Assembly (NCBI GenBank): GCA_003153215.1
Contig: PLXL01000061.1
Span: forward strand, 1-41,144
Origin: Candidatus Dormiibacterota bacterium
GTDB lineage: Bacteria > Chloroflexota > Dormibacteria > Aeolococcales > Aeolococcaceae
Length of the DNA: 41,144 nucleotides
Direction: 5' to 3'
This document shows positions 33,890 through 41,144 of this stretch, piece after piece. A program made the position numbers and the translations under genes. Every line of letters begins with the position of its first letter. Positions within the stretch are counted from its first letter, which is position 1. The notes beneath the pieces are model-generated. The model saw nothing but the letters and a program-made list of their open reading frames with translations. It had not been told where the DNA came from and made no database searches.

Positions 33890-34828
33890 TCAGGGGCCAC
33901 CCGTCAGCTCCTCACGCCACGGAGGATCGGCTCCCGGCCTGGTGCAGGTGAGGGCTCCGACCTGACAGGCGAACCGGAGCATCGCCTCGAGCTCAGCGTC
34001 AGAGCTGGGGACGGCAGCCACGCCCGCTGACCCATGCTCCAGAAGCCACGCGACAACGGCCGCCCCAAAGGCGTCACCCGCCCCGATAGTATCGACCACG
34101 GCCACTTCCGACGGATGGGCCCGAGCCCGGCAGCGCCGGGTTGCACCGATGGCACCTTCAGCTCCGAGGGTGACCAGCGCAGCTCGCGCACCGGCATCGA
34201 GGATCCGGTCGACAGCGGCTTCGGCGGTCAGCTCCGGGTACAGCCAGGCGACGTCGTCATCGCTCGCCTTGACCAGAGCATCCATGGAAATCAGCCGCAG
34301 CAGCCGGGCACGGTACGTGTCCTGATCCGCCCCTCGAACAGTCCGAATGTTCAGATCGAGCATCAGGAGATGTCGTCCGCGCTCTCTCTCCGCCAATGAT
34401 TCCAGGGTGCGTGCGATCGGTTCGAGAAGCAGGCCGAGCGTCCCCATGTGAAGCACAGCGACCTCGGCGCCCAGCTCGGCCGGGACCATTTCGGCGGTCA
34501 GGTACGGCGCCGACGTCCCGTCCACATAGAAGCTGTACGTCGCAGCGCCGCCCCTGTCGAGGGGGGCGATCGCGAGGGTGGTGGGCTCATCGCCCCAGCT
34601 GGTCGTCGAGAGGTCGACACCGTCCGCCGCGAGCTGACCGGACAGCAGCTTTCCGAATGGGTCGGACGAGAGACGCCCCAGAAAGGCGGTGGGAACCCCG
34701 AGGCGGGCCAGCGCGCGAGCGGTGTTGAACGGTCCGCCCCCGGGATGAGGCTGCAGCCGCCCATCCGAGTCAGGGACGAGGTCGATCAGCGCTTCGCCGC
34801 AGATCAGGGCGCGCGCCCTGTCAGTCAT
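33890..34828 (-). CDS. PfkB-family carbohydrate kinase (fructokinase/ketohexose-phosphate kinase-like)
   Basis: 312 aa. N-terminal GEALIDLVP...GGGPFNTA and C-terminal DTIGAGDAFGAA motifs. Confidence 0.85.
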   Translation of the reverse strand: MTDRARALICGEALIDLVPDSDGRLQPHPGGGPFNTARALARLGVPTAFLGRLSSDPFGKLLSGQLAADGVDLSTTSWGDEPTTLAIAPLDRGGAATYSFYVDGTSAPYLTAEMVPAELGAEVAVLHMGTLGLLLEPIARTLESLAERERGRHLLMLDLNIRTVRGADQDTYRARLLRLISMDALVKASDDDVAWLYPELTAEAAVDRILDAGARAALVTLGAEGAIGATRRCRARAHPSEVAVVDTIGAGDAFGAAVVAWLLEHGSAGVAAVPSSDAELEAMLRFACQVGALTCTRPGADPPWREELTGGP

Positions 34829-35132
34829 CGGCAGCCACCGCCGTCAAAGACCGGCGCCGTCGCCGTGCGCCCATGGGTATCTCCCCAGGTGGCGTGTCGG
34901 AGCCAGCGTCATCTGTCTTCCACCATCCCCTCGGTAGCCTCAAGATACTTCCGCCTGGCTCACGCCGCTGCCGGAACACCATGAGCTCGAGATCGAGGTT
35001 CAGCATCCTGGCGGCCTCGAGTGGTGGCATTCCGGGAGGGACGCCGATCTTGACCAACTGCTCATACGACATCGATGCCGCAGACGCCTCGTATCCCGCC
35101 TCGCTCAAGGTTCGGGGGCGGATGCTTGTCAC
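34821..35132 (-). CDS. Hypothetical protein, possible excisionase/MerR-like HTH; may be a fragment
   Basis: 103-aa ORF whose stop overlaps the PfkB start by 8 nt. PPLEAARMLNLDLELMVFRQRREPGGSILRLPRGWW loosely resembles HTH_17-type DNA-binding domains. The C-terminal third is low-complexity. Confidence 0.3.
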   Translation of the reverse strand: MTSIRPRTLSEAGYEASAASMSYEQLVKIGVPPGMPPLEAARMLNLDLELMVFRQRREPGGSILRLPRGWWKTDDAGSDTPPGEIPMGARRRRRSLTAVAADD

Positions 35133-35150
35133 GAAGGGAGATCATGGCCT

Positions 35151-35543
35151 GTCATCGACGACCACCGGCATCAGGAGTTCCTCACCTTCCTGCAATTGGT
35201 CGCCAAGCGCCATCCCAAGCTCGAGATCCACATGGTGCTCGACAACTACCGGACGCACAAGCACCCGGTGGTGCGGGAGTGGCTGGAGGCCAACCCTCGC
35301 TTCCACCTCCACTTCACGCCAACGAGTGCGAGCTGGATGAATCAGGTCGAGACGTGGTTCTCGATCCTCCAACGCAAGACGATTCGGCGAGGCGTGTTCC
35401 GCAGCGTTGGCTCCCTCCAGAGCGCCGTTCACCGCTTCATCGACGCGTGGAACGACCCCAAGAAGCCCTTCGCCTGGGTGAGGACCTCCGACGAGATTCT
35501 CGCCAAGGCCATACCGAAAGCTATTTCAGCCGGGCTGCACTAG
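35151..35543 (+). mobile_element. IS630-family transposase, 3' (DDE) remnant with the right end of the element
   Basis: IDDHRHQEFLTFLQLVAKRHPKLEIHMVLDNYRTHKHPVVREWLEANPRFHLHFTPTSASWMNQVETWFSILQRK...PFAWVRTSDEILAK is the canonical IS630 C-terminal domain. No N-terminal half is present. Confidence 0.8.
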
Positions 35544-35801
35544 GACGTCGACCCCGTCGAATCGCGCGTCCGCCGCGCCCACCAACCGGGCCGCTCCGGC
35601 AGCGGTGGTCACGTCTACGTGGACGAACTCGGCCTGATCGCCCGGGAGGAGGCGCTCCCGGGCTACATCGCTCAGGCTGTTCTCGTTGAGGTCACCGATG
35701 GTGACGGTCGCTCCCTCCTCCACGAAGAGGAGGGCGACGGCACGTCCGATGCCGGACGCGCCTCCGGTCACGATCGCGGACTTGCCCCGCAGTCGATCCA
35801 C
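35526..35801 (-). pseudogene. SDR gene truncated after about 85 codons by the IS630 end
   Basis: MDRLRGKSAIVTGGASGIGRAVALLF...ARFDGVDVLV, then non-homologous QPG-stop where NNAG is expected. The junction is at the TA of 35541-35542. Confidence 0.75.
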
Positions 35802-35835
35802 CTGTCACTCCTCATGCTCCACGATCCGGAGGAAA

Positions 35836-36990
35836 TCAGCCCTCCACCGAAAGCCGAAAACTGACCGTCTCGCGGAAGACGTCTCCCGGATCGAGCCGGG
35901 CCGAGGCGAAATGTGGATGGTTGGGGGCATCAGGGAAGTGTTGCGCTTCCAAGGCGAGGCCGTCGCCTTGGCGGTAGATGCCACCGCCCGTCCCCACAAG
36001 CGTCCCCTGGAGACCGTTCCCCGTGTAGAGCTGCAGCCCGGGCTGGGTCGTGCACACCTCCAGCACCCGCCCCGACGACGCCTCCGTCACCCGCGCCGCT
36101 CGACGAAGGGCGCCGGGCTCCGATTGGCGCAGCGCGTAGTTGTGGTCGTAGCCGTGTCCGATGAGGAGCTGGTCGTCGGCCGTCCGGATCCGCTCTCCGA
36201 TGGCCACCGGGCGGGTGAAGTCGAAGGGCGTCCCCGCCACCGGGGCGATCTTCCCGGTCGGCACCTCGTGGGGGGTTATCGGGTTGTAGCCATCGGCGTC
36301 GATCTGGAGCAGGTGGTCGTAGATGCTCCCCGAGCCCTCGCCCGCCAGGTTCCAGTAGGTGTGGTTGGTCAGGTTGAGGACGGTGGTGGCGTCGGTGACG
36401 GCCTCGAAGCTGAGGGTGAGCCGATTGTCCTCGTCGAGGCTGTAGGTGGCGGTCACCTCGAGCGTCCCCGGGAAGCCCATCTCCCCGGCCGGGCTGGCAT
36501 AGGCAAGGCGGACGCCCGCTGTCTCCGCGGTCGAGGCGAGGGTGGCCCTCCACACCTTCTGGTCGAAGCCGACGGTCCCCCCGTGCATGGCGTGCCACTC
36601 CATGTTCTTGGGGATCCGGACGGTGGTGCCGTCGAGGGTGAAGATGCCGTCGCCAATGGGGTTGGCATAGCGTCCGATCAAGGCGCCGAAGTAGACGTTG
36701 GCCCCCTGCGGGTTGACCTGGTTAGGAGCCGGGTTGTAGCGGCGGTAGTCGTCCAGGGTGCTGAAGCCGAGGACCACGTTGCTCGGCCGGCCCTCGCGGT
36801 CCGGCACCTCGATGGTCTGGACGATGCCGCCGTAGTTCAGCAGCCGGACCCGCATCCCGTGGCTGTTGGTGAGGGTGTACCGTCTCACCTCCTCGCCGTC
36901 CGCCCAGCCGAAGGGCTCGTCGGCCACCCGGAGCGTGTCGTGCGACAGCGGAGACGCGGACGTCCGAGCCTCCGAACTAAACGTGGTCAT
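35836..36990 (-). CDS. galM: Aldose 1-epimerase (galactose mutarotase family)
   Basis: 384 aa with typical blocks: GFDQKVW, NLTNHTYWNL, GYDHNY and ALEAQHFPDAPNHPHF. Confidence 0.9.
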   Translation of the reverse strand: MTTFSSEARTSASPLSHDTLRVADEPFGWADGEEVRRYTLTNSHGMRVRLLNYGGIVQTIEVPDREGRPSNVVLGFSTLDDYRRYNPAPNQVNPQGANVYFGALIGRYANPIGDGIFTLDGTTVRIPKNMEWHAMHGGTVGFDQKVWRATLASTAETAGVRLAYASPAGEMGFPGTLEVTATYSLDEDNRLTLSFEAVTDATTVLNLTNHTYWNLAGEGSGSIYDHLLQIDADGYNPITPHEVPTGKIAPVAGTPFDFTRPVAIGERIRTADDQLLIGHGYDHNYALRQSEPGALRRAARVTEASSGRVLEVCTTQPGLQLYTGNGLQGTLVGTGGGIYRQGDGLALEAQHFPDAPNHPHFASARLDPGDVFRETVSFRLSVEG

Positions 36991-37020
36991 GACCTCATCT
37001 CCTCGTCGTCGCGATATGCA

Positions 37021-37884
37021 TCATTCACTCGGGAGGACCGGCAGTGCGGACGCCTCGTCGCAGGCGACCGTGCAACCGGGGTGCCCCTGGCAGAGGGTGA
37101 CCGGGAAGCGGACGTCAGGCTCGCCGAGCAGCAGCACCCGGAGGATGAACTGCTTCCAGGGGCCGCCGTCGGTGATCAGGAGGATCTTGTGGGCAGCCAG
37201 GATGTCGCGCATCCCGACGGTGATGGCCATCGGTGGGACGGCGAAGCTGTTGCCGCCGGCGGTGCGCTGGCTCAGGGCGACGAAGGTGTCATCCAGGAGC
37301 TGGACCATCCTGGTCCGGCCGTTGCGCAGCTCATCCAGGCTCACCCGGGTCCACTTGGACTCGGGGGTCTCGTTGAAGCCCACGTGGCCGCGATAGCCGA
37401 AACCGGCGAAGACTGTGTCGACGCCTCCGGCGGCAGCGATGGCGGCCGAGTAGTCCTCGATTCGCGTCGGGTCGGGGAAGACCACCTGCTCCGGCGGGTT
37501 CCTCAGTTCCGGCCGGAGGTTGGCGTAGATCTCCCGCTGCGCGTAGCCGCGGAAACTGTATGTGCTCTCGGCGGGAATCCAGCGCCCCTCCCAATCGCAG
37601 AACTCGTCCATGTGGAAGCACCAGACGTTCTTCCACGAGAGCCCCTCCTGGTTGGACAGCTCGACGAGCCTGCGGTAGTGCGCCTTGGGGCCTATGGGTA
37701 GGATCCAGCGGAGCGGCCGGCCGTCCCGGTTGGCGGCGCGGATCTCCTCAGCCATGTACTGGGCCAGCCACTCGTAAAGGACGGACGTGTCCGGGTAGAC
37801 CGTCAGGGGGAGTTTGGCGGCCCGCTTCAGCTCCTCGACGGGCATGGCGAGCTGCTGGTCGCTGACCACTGTGCCTGGAATCAT
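37021..37884 (-). CDS. Glucosamine-6-phosphate deaminase/6-phosphogluconolactonase-family protein (long, divergent NagB-like)
   Basis: 287 aa. The FHMDEF block, GFGYRGHVGFNE and ITVGMRDILAAHKILLI match the NagB/Pgl fold family. Function not assignable. Confidence 0.75.
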   Translation of the reverse strand: MIPGTVVSDQQLAMPVEELKRAAKLPLTVYPDTSVLYEWLAQYMAEEIRAANRDGRPLRWILPIGPKAHYRRLVELSNQEGLSWKNVWCFHMDEFCDWEGRWIPAESTYSFRGYAQREIYANLRPELRNPPEQVVFPDPTRIEDYSAAIAAAGGVDTVFAGFGYRGHVGFNETPESKWTRVSLDELRNGRTRMVQLLDDTFVALSQRTAGGNSFAVPPMAITVGMRDILAAHKILLITDGGPWKQFILRVLLLGEPDVRFPVTLCQGHPGCTVACDEASALPVLPSE

Positions 37885-37942
37885 CTGTCTTGCACCTCTG
37901 CATGCATGTTCTGCCGCGTTCTGATCGTGCTCACTTCACCGA

Positions 37943-38929
37943 CTATCCCGCACGCTGGGCCAGGTCCGCTGCCCAGGCCGCCACTTCGTCGCTCCGCCCG
38001 TAAGACGGGATGCTCCCGTCCTGGGTGACGCTCCGGCTGGCAGCCAGGACGGCTGCGTCGACCGCGGTGGTGAGCGGGTCCCCGGAACGGAGGCGGACGG
38101 CAAGCGCCCCAAGGAAGGCGTCCCCGGCACCCGTCGTGTCCACCACCGGAACCACGGGCGCCGGTGAGTGGTACTCGCGCCCCCGCCGGTCGCAGACGTA
38201 GGCGCCGGCTTCACCGGCTGTCACGATGATGCAGGACCCCGGCCAGTCCTGGCGAAGGCGCCGGGCCAGCAGGTCCGGGGCTCCCTCTTCTCCCGTGAGG
38301 TATGCGGCCTCGTGCTCGTTGGGCACCAGGATGTCGGTCAGCTCCACGAGGTCGGGCGGCAGGGCAGCCGCCGGCGATGGGTTGAGCACGGTCAGGGCGT
38401 GATGGTTGCGAGCCATCCGGAATGACGCCATGGCGCACTCCAGCGAGGCCTCCAGCTGGCAGACGACCATCGAGGTGCCGGCAAACCCGGCCGCCGCCTC
38501 CTCGACGTGCTGGCTGTCGAGCTCCAGGTTGGCATCGAGCGCGGTGGCGATCGAGGGGATCCCGCGCGGGCCGATGATGACGAAGCCGACGTCGGTGGGC
38601 CGCTCGCTGGTGAACGACCAGCCCATCTCGATACCCTCCGCCTCGAGGAACGCCCGCCACCTCCGGCCCCTCTCGTCGCTGCCGAGCACGGTGATGAACC
38701 TGACCTCGGCGCCGAGCCGTGCGGCGCAGACCGCCTGGTTGGTCGCCTTGCCGCCGTCCACCGGCTCGGCGAAGCCGTGGCCCAGGACGCTCTCCCCCTC
38801 GAGGGGGACCTGGTCCACGCGCATCACCAGACCCTGGATGTGGGCGCCCGCCACCACGATGGGCCCGCGGCCCACGGGCTGATCCAGCCCGACCCTCCCC
38901 GGCGCGACGGAGCCGTCCTCAGTGCTCAT
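37943..38929 (-). CDS. PfkB-family sugar kinase (ribokinase-like)
   Basis: GGKATNQAVCAARLG and DTTGAGDAFLGALA motifs. 328 aa. First gene of a three-gene minus-strand operon. Confidence 0.85.
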   Translation of the reverse strand: MSTEDGSVAPGRVGLDQPVGRGPIVVAGAHIQGLVMRVDQVPLEGESVLGHGFAEPVDGGKATNQAVCAARLGAEVRFITVLGSDERGRRWRAFLEAEGIEMGWSFTSERPTDVGFVIIGPRGIPSIATALDANLELDSQHVEEAAAGFAGTSMVVCQLEASLECAMASFRMARNHHALTVLNPSPAAALPPDLVELTDILVPNEHEAAYLTGEEGAPDLLARRLRQDWPGSCIIVTAGEAGAYVCDRRGREYHSPAPVVPVVDTTGAGDAFLGALAVRLRSGDPLTTAVDAAVLAASRSVTQDGSIPSYGRSDEVAAWAADLAQRAG

Positions 38930-39316
38930 GAGGCACTAGGTACATGGGAGGCTCGGGTAGCTGCGGCGGCCTCCTTGGCGGCGGCGGCCTCAGTCATGAC
39001 CCGGCCTCCTTGGCGGGTCACCCGCACCGCGAAGACGACCCCGATCATGAAGACCAGGCAGCAGAAGACGTGGCCCGGTCCACACTTCGCCCATGGCCAG
39101 AAGTCGTCCGCGAACCGCGGTCTTGGAGCGTCCCGGGAGGCAGAGGACGGAGTCGTCTATGACCGGGACCGTCCCACGGTGCGGAAGCTCCCCACTGGAC
39201 GGTGCCGGGGCCCTCTCCCGCCCGCCCACGCCACCGTCGGAACCCGCCCGCGAAGACCCCGGTCATGGCGCCTCTTTCTGAGAACTAGTTTCGTTGGTCC
39301 GCATAAAGTAGTACCC

Positions 39317-40492
39317 ATGACACCCGCCGTCAAGCCCCCCCTGCGCCTGCCCTCCGAGGGGCGCTCGACGCTCGTCCGGGCCTTTCTCGCCCTCTGCGCC
39401 GCAACCCCGCTCAGCCGCGGGGATCTCCGCCGCCGGCTCGGGGTCAGCCCCTCCACGGTTACCGATGCCATCACCACGCTGATGGATCTCGACCTGGTCC
39501 GCGAGGTGGGGCACGCCGATTCCACCGGCGGTCGACCCGCAGGCCTGCTCGAACTCTCCCCCACGCTGGGAGGCGTGCTCGCCGCCGACGTCGGGGGACT
39601 GCGGATCCGGGTGGCTGCGGCTGATGTGACCGGCCGGATCGTCGCCCGCCGAACCCACTCGACACCGACCGCGCCGGCGGCGCTGCGCCGGACGCTCACC
39701 GGCGCTCTCGAGGCGATGCGCGAGTCCCTCGGCGGTCCAGCTCGCGCCCTCTGTCTGTCCATCGCAGGGGCGGTGAACCCAGACACCGGCGACATCGCGG
39801 CCACCGACAACATCGCGGGCTGGCGCGACACCACAACGCCCGAGTGGTTGGCCGAGGTCGCCACCCCGCTGCTGGTCGAGAACGAGGCCAACATGGCCGC
39901 CTTCGGCGAGTATCACCACGGAGCCGCCCGAGGTACCCGGATCGCTATGTTCATCGCGCTGGGTGCCGGCGTGGGTGCCGGCCTGATGGTCTCCGGCGAG
40001 CTTTTCCGAGGTGCCACGGGGGCTGCTGGAGAGATCGGGCTGAGCCGGTCCAGCTCCGAACCGGGCTCCCCGGATCTAGAGCAGGAGGTGGCCGGGCCGG
40101 CCCTGCTGAGCGCCTACGAGCGGGCGGGGGGTGGGAGCATCGACAACCCGGCGGAGCTATTCCAACTGGCCGAGGCGGGCGATGACGCGGCCAACCGGGT
40201 CATCGGCAACGCCCTGGACCGGCTGGCCATCACGCTCAGCCACGTCCTGCTGGCGGTGAACCCGGACCGGGTCATCATCGGCGGCGGTCTGGCGACCGCG
40301 GGTGACCTGCTCCTGGAGCCGCTGCGCCGACGCATCGACGCTCTGCTGATCACGGGCGCCCCTGACTTTGTGCTCAGCCGTCTGGGACCTGAAGCGGCCC
40401 TGGTGGGTGCCGCCACGCGCGCCGCTCAGCTCGCGGTGGAGCAGCTGGCCGCCGAGCTCACCGCCAAGCCAGCGCCCCCTGTCCTTCCCTGA
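39317..40492 (+). CDS. ROK-family transcriptional regulator
   Basis: Start ATG 39317. The upstream part of the 661-aa track ORF is not protein-like. HTH LSRGDLRRRLGVSPSTVTDAITTLMDLDLVREVG plus a ROK domain (VENEANMAAFGE, LGAGVGAGLMV). No Cys zinc motif. Confidence 0.85.
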   Translation: MTPAVKPPLRLPSEGRSTLVRAFLALCAATPLSRGDLRRRLGVSPSTVTDAITTLMDLDLVREVGHADSTGGRPAGLLELSPTLGGVLAADVGGLRIRVAAADVTGRIVARRTHSTPTAPAALRRTLTGALEAMRESLGGPARALCLSIAGAVNPDTGDIAATDNIAGWRDTTTPEWLAEVATPLLVENEANMAAFGEYHHGAARGTRIAMFIALGAGVGAGLMVSGELFRGATGAAGEIGLSRSSSEPGSPDLEQEVAGPALLSAYERAGGGSIDNPAELFQLAEAGDDAANRVIGNALDRLAITLSHVLLAVNPDRVIIGGGLATAGDLLLEPLRRRIDALLITGAPDFVLSRLGPEAALVGAATRAAQLAVEQLAAELTAKPAPPVLP

Positions 40493-40610
40493 CTGGGCGC
40501 AGGGCTCCGGTGGCGGCGAGTGCACCAAGGCACCATGAAGGTGGGCGCCGTCTGCACATCGCCACCGAGACCGCTGTGAGGCTGCAGTCAGTAGGAACGC
40601 GCAGGGCGTG

Positions 40611-40913
40611 TCAGTGAGACCGGGCAAATGAGGCTGGCCGACCGCGCCAGGTGCAGGTGAACCGCCACTCCATGGCCGCGCCCTCAGCGGTCACGAGCAG
40701 CCCCGTGATGTCCCAGCTCTCGATGGAGTTGCCCTCACCGAACCACGCGTCGATCCACTTCGCCACGCGATCCGTGCCGCGGTACACCGGACCGTGAGAC
40801 TCGACGACCACACACGCGGGGTCGAGCGTGCCGAGGATCTTCGCGGTGTCCCGCTCCATCCATCCCTGGACGTAGGTCCGAAGAAGGCGCTTGCCGACGG
40901 ATAGTCCATCCAC
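40611..40913 (-). CDS. SnoaL-like/NTF2-fold small protein
   Basis: 100 aa. YVQGWMERDTAKILGTLDPACVVVESHGPVYRGTDRVAKWIDAWF is typical of SnoaL_2-type proteins. The start is uncertain. Confidence 0.5.
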   Translation of the reverse strand: MDGLSVGKRLLRTYVQGWMERDTAKILGTLDPACVVVESHGPVYRGTDRVAKWIDAWFGEGNSIESWDITGLLVTAEGAAMEWRFTCTWRGRPASFARSH

Positions 40914-40982
40914 CTCGCCGCGCTCGATTCTGCTTCCGCCGTCTTCGGTCAGCTCAGGCTCCCCGATATCCCGAGCGATGCG

Positions 40983-41144
40983 TCAGCCGCCGGCTGCGCG
41001 GCCCGATCCGGAAGCCGCTGTCAGTGAGTAGATGACCCGAGGTCTGCCGACATCCCCGGGGGCGCCGGTGCGGTGCAGCACCCCTCGCCGGACCAGCTCG
41101 TTGGCGATCCGGTGCGTCTTGCCGTAGGCCCAACCCAACTCGTC
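40983..41144 (-). CDS. Winged-HTH transcriptional regulator, C-terminal 53 codons (5' end outside window)
   Basis: The minus frame from the window edge reads DELGWAYGKTHRIANELVRRGVLHRTGAPGDVGRPRVIYSLTAAS...-stop (TGA at 40985-40983), i.e. a recognition helix plus wing pattern. Not in the ORF track because there is no Met. Confidence 0.5.
   Translation of the reverse strand, partial: DELGWAYGKTHRIANELVRRGVLHRTGAPGDVGRPRVIYSLTAASGSGRAAGG

Noticed and set aside
38930-39316. Small ORFs in the PfkB/ROK-regulator gap (38944..39162, 38990..39229, 39045..39266, and a TM-like frame HVFCCLVFMIGVVFAVRV)
   Set aside because: They have no start codon in the TM-like frame, are low-complexity, mutually overlap, and show no RBS.

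Overview
High-GC, Actinomycetota-like chromosomal segment (GC judged by eye, not computed). I recognised no rRNA, tRNA or CRISPR array. Layout: (i) 1-2462 is the 3' part of a ModABC/CysTW-type ABC importer. (ii) 2.4-6.8 kb is a decay zone with gene and IS remnants (class I aldolase, OsmC, ISL3, IS1380), a convergent array of five 23-24-nt repeats, a small 4-TM protein and a SemiSWEET. (iii) 7.0-19.4 kb holds an SDR, an Opp/Dpp-type ABC importer, a ROK regulator, a Cys-less ROK kinase-like protein, a double-SIS protein and a second SDR. (iv) 19.6-22.7 kb holds three decayed genes (SMC/ABC-like ATPase remnant, small helical protein, multi-frame protein) and a HAD phosphatase. (v) 24-34.8 kb holds Gdh, XylB and a DeoR/SIS/ROK/class-III aminotransferase/APC permease/G1PDH-like/PfkB cluster. 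(vi) 35.8-40.5 kb holds a GalM/NagB-like/PfkB operon with a divergent ROK regulator. Five IS families (ISL3, IS1380, IS110, IS5/IS1182-like, IS630) occur only as remnants. Best leads: two halves of one IS110-family recombinase gene sit in permuted order 15.9 kb apart and rejoin in frame across a shared ACTGAC hexamer; the 24-nt iteron-like array at 4374-4526; a 32-nt inverted repeat (IS1380-type end) bracketing 12.9 kb of sugar-utilisation genes; and three paralogous ROK/SIS/kinase amino-sugar-type modules, one with an unusual aminotransferase + APC permease combination. All family assignments rest on motif recognition by eye; no searches were run.
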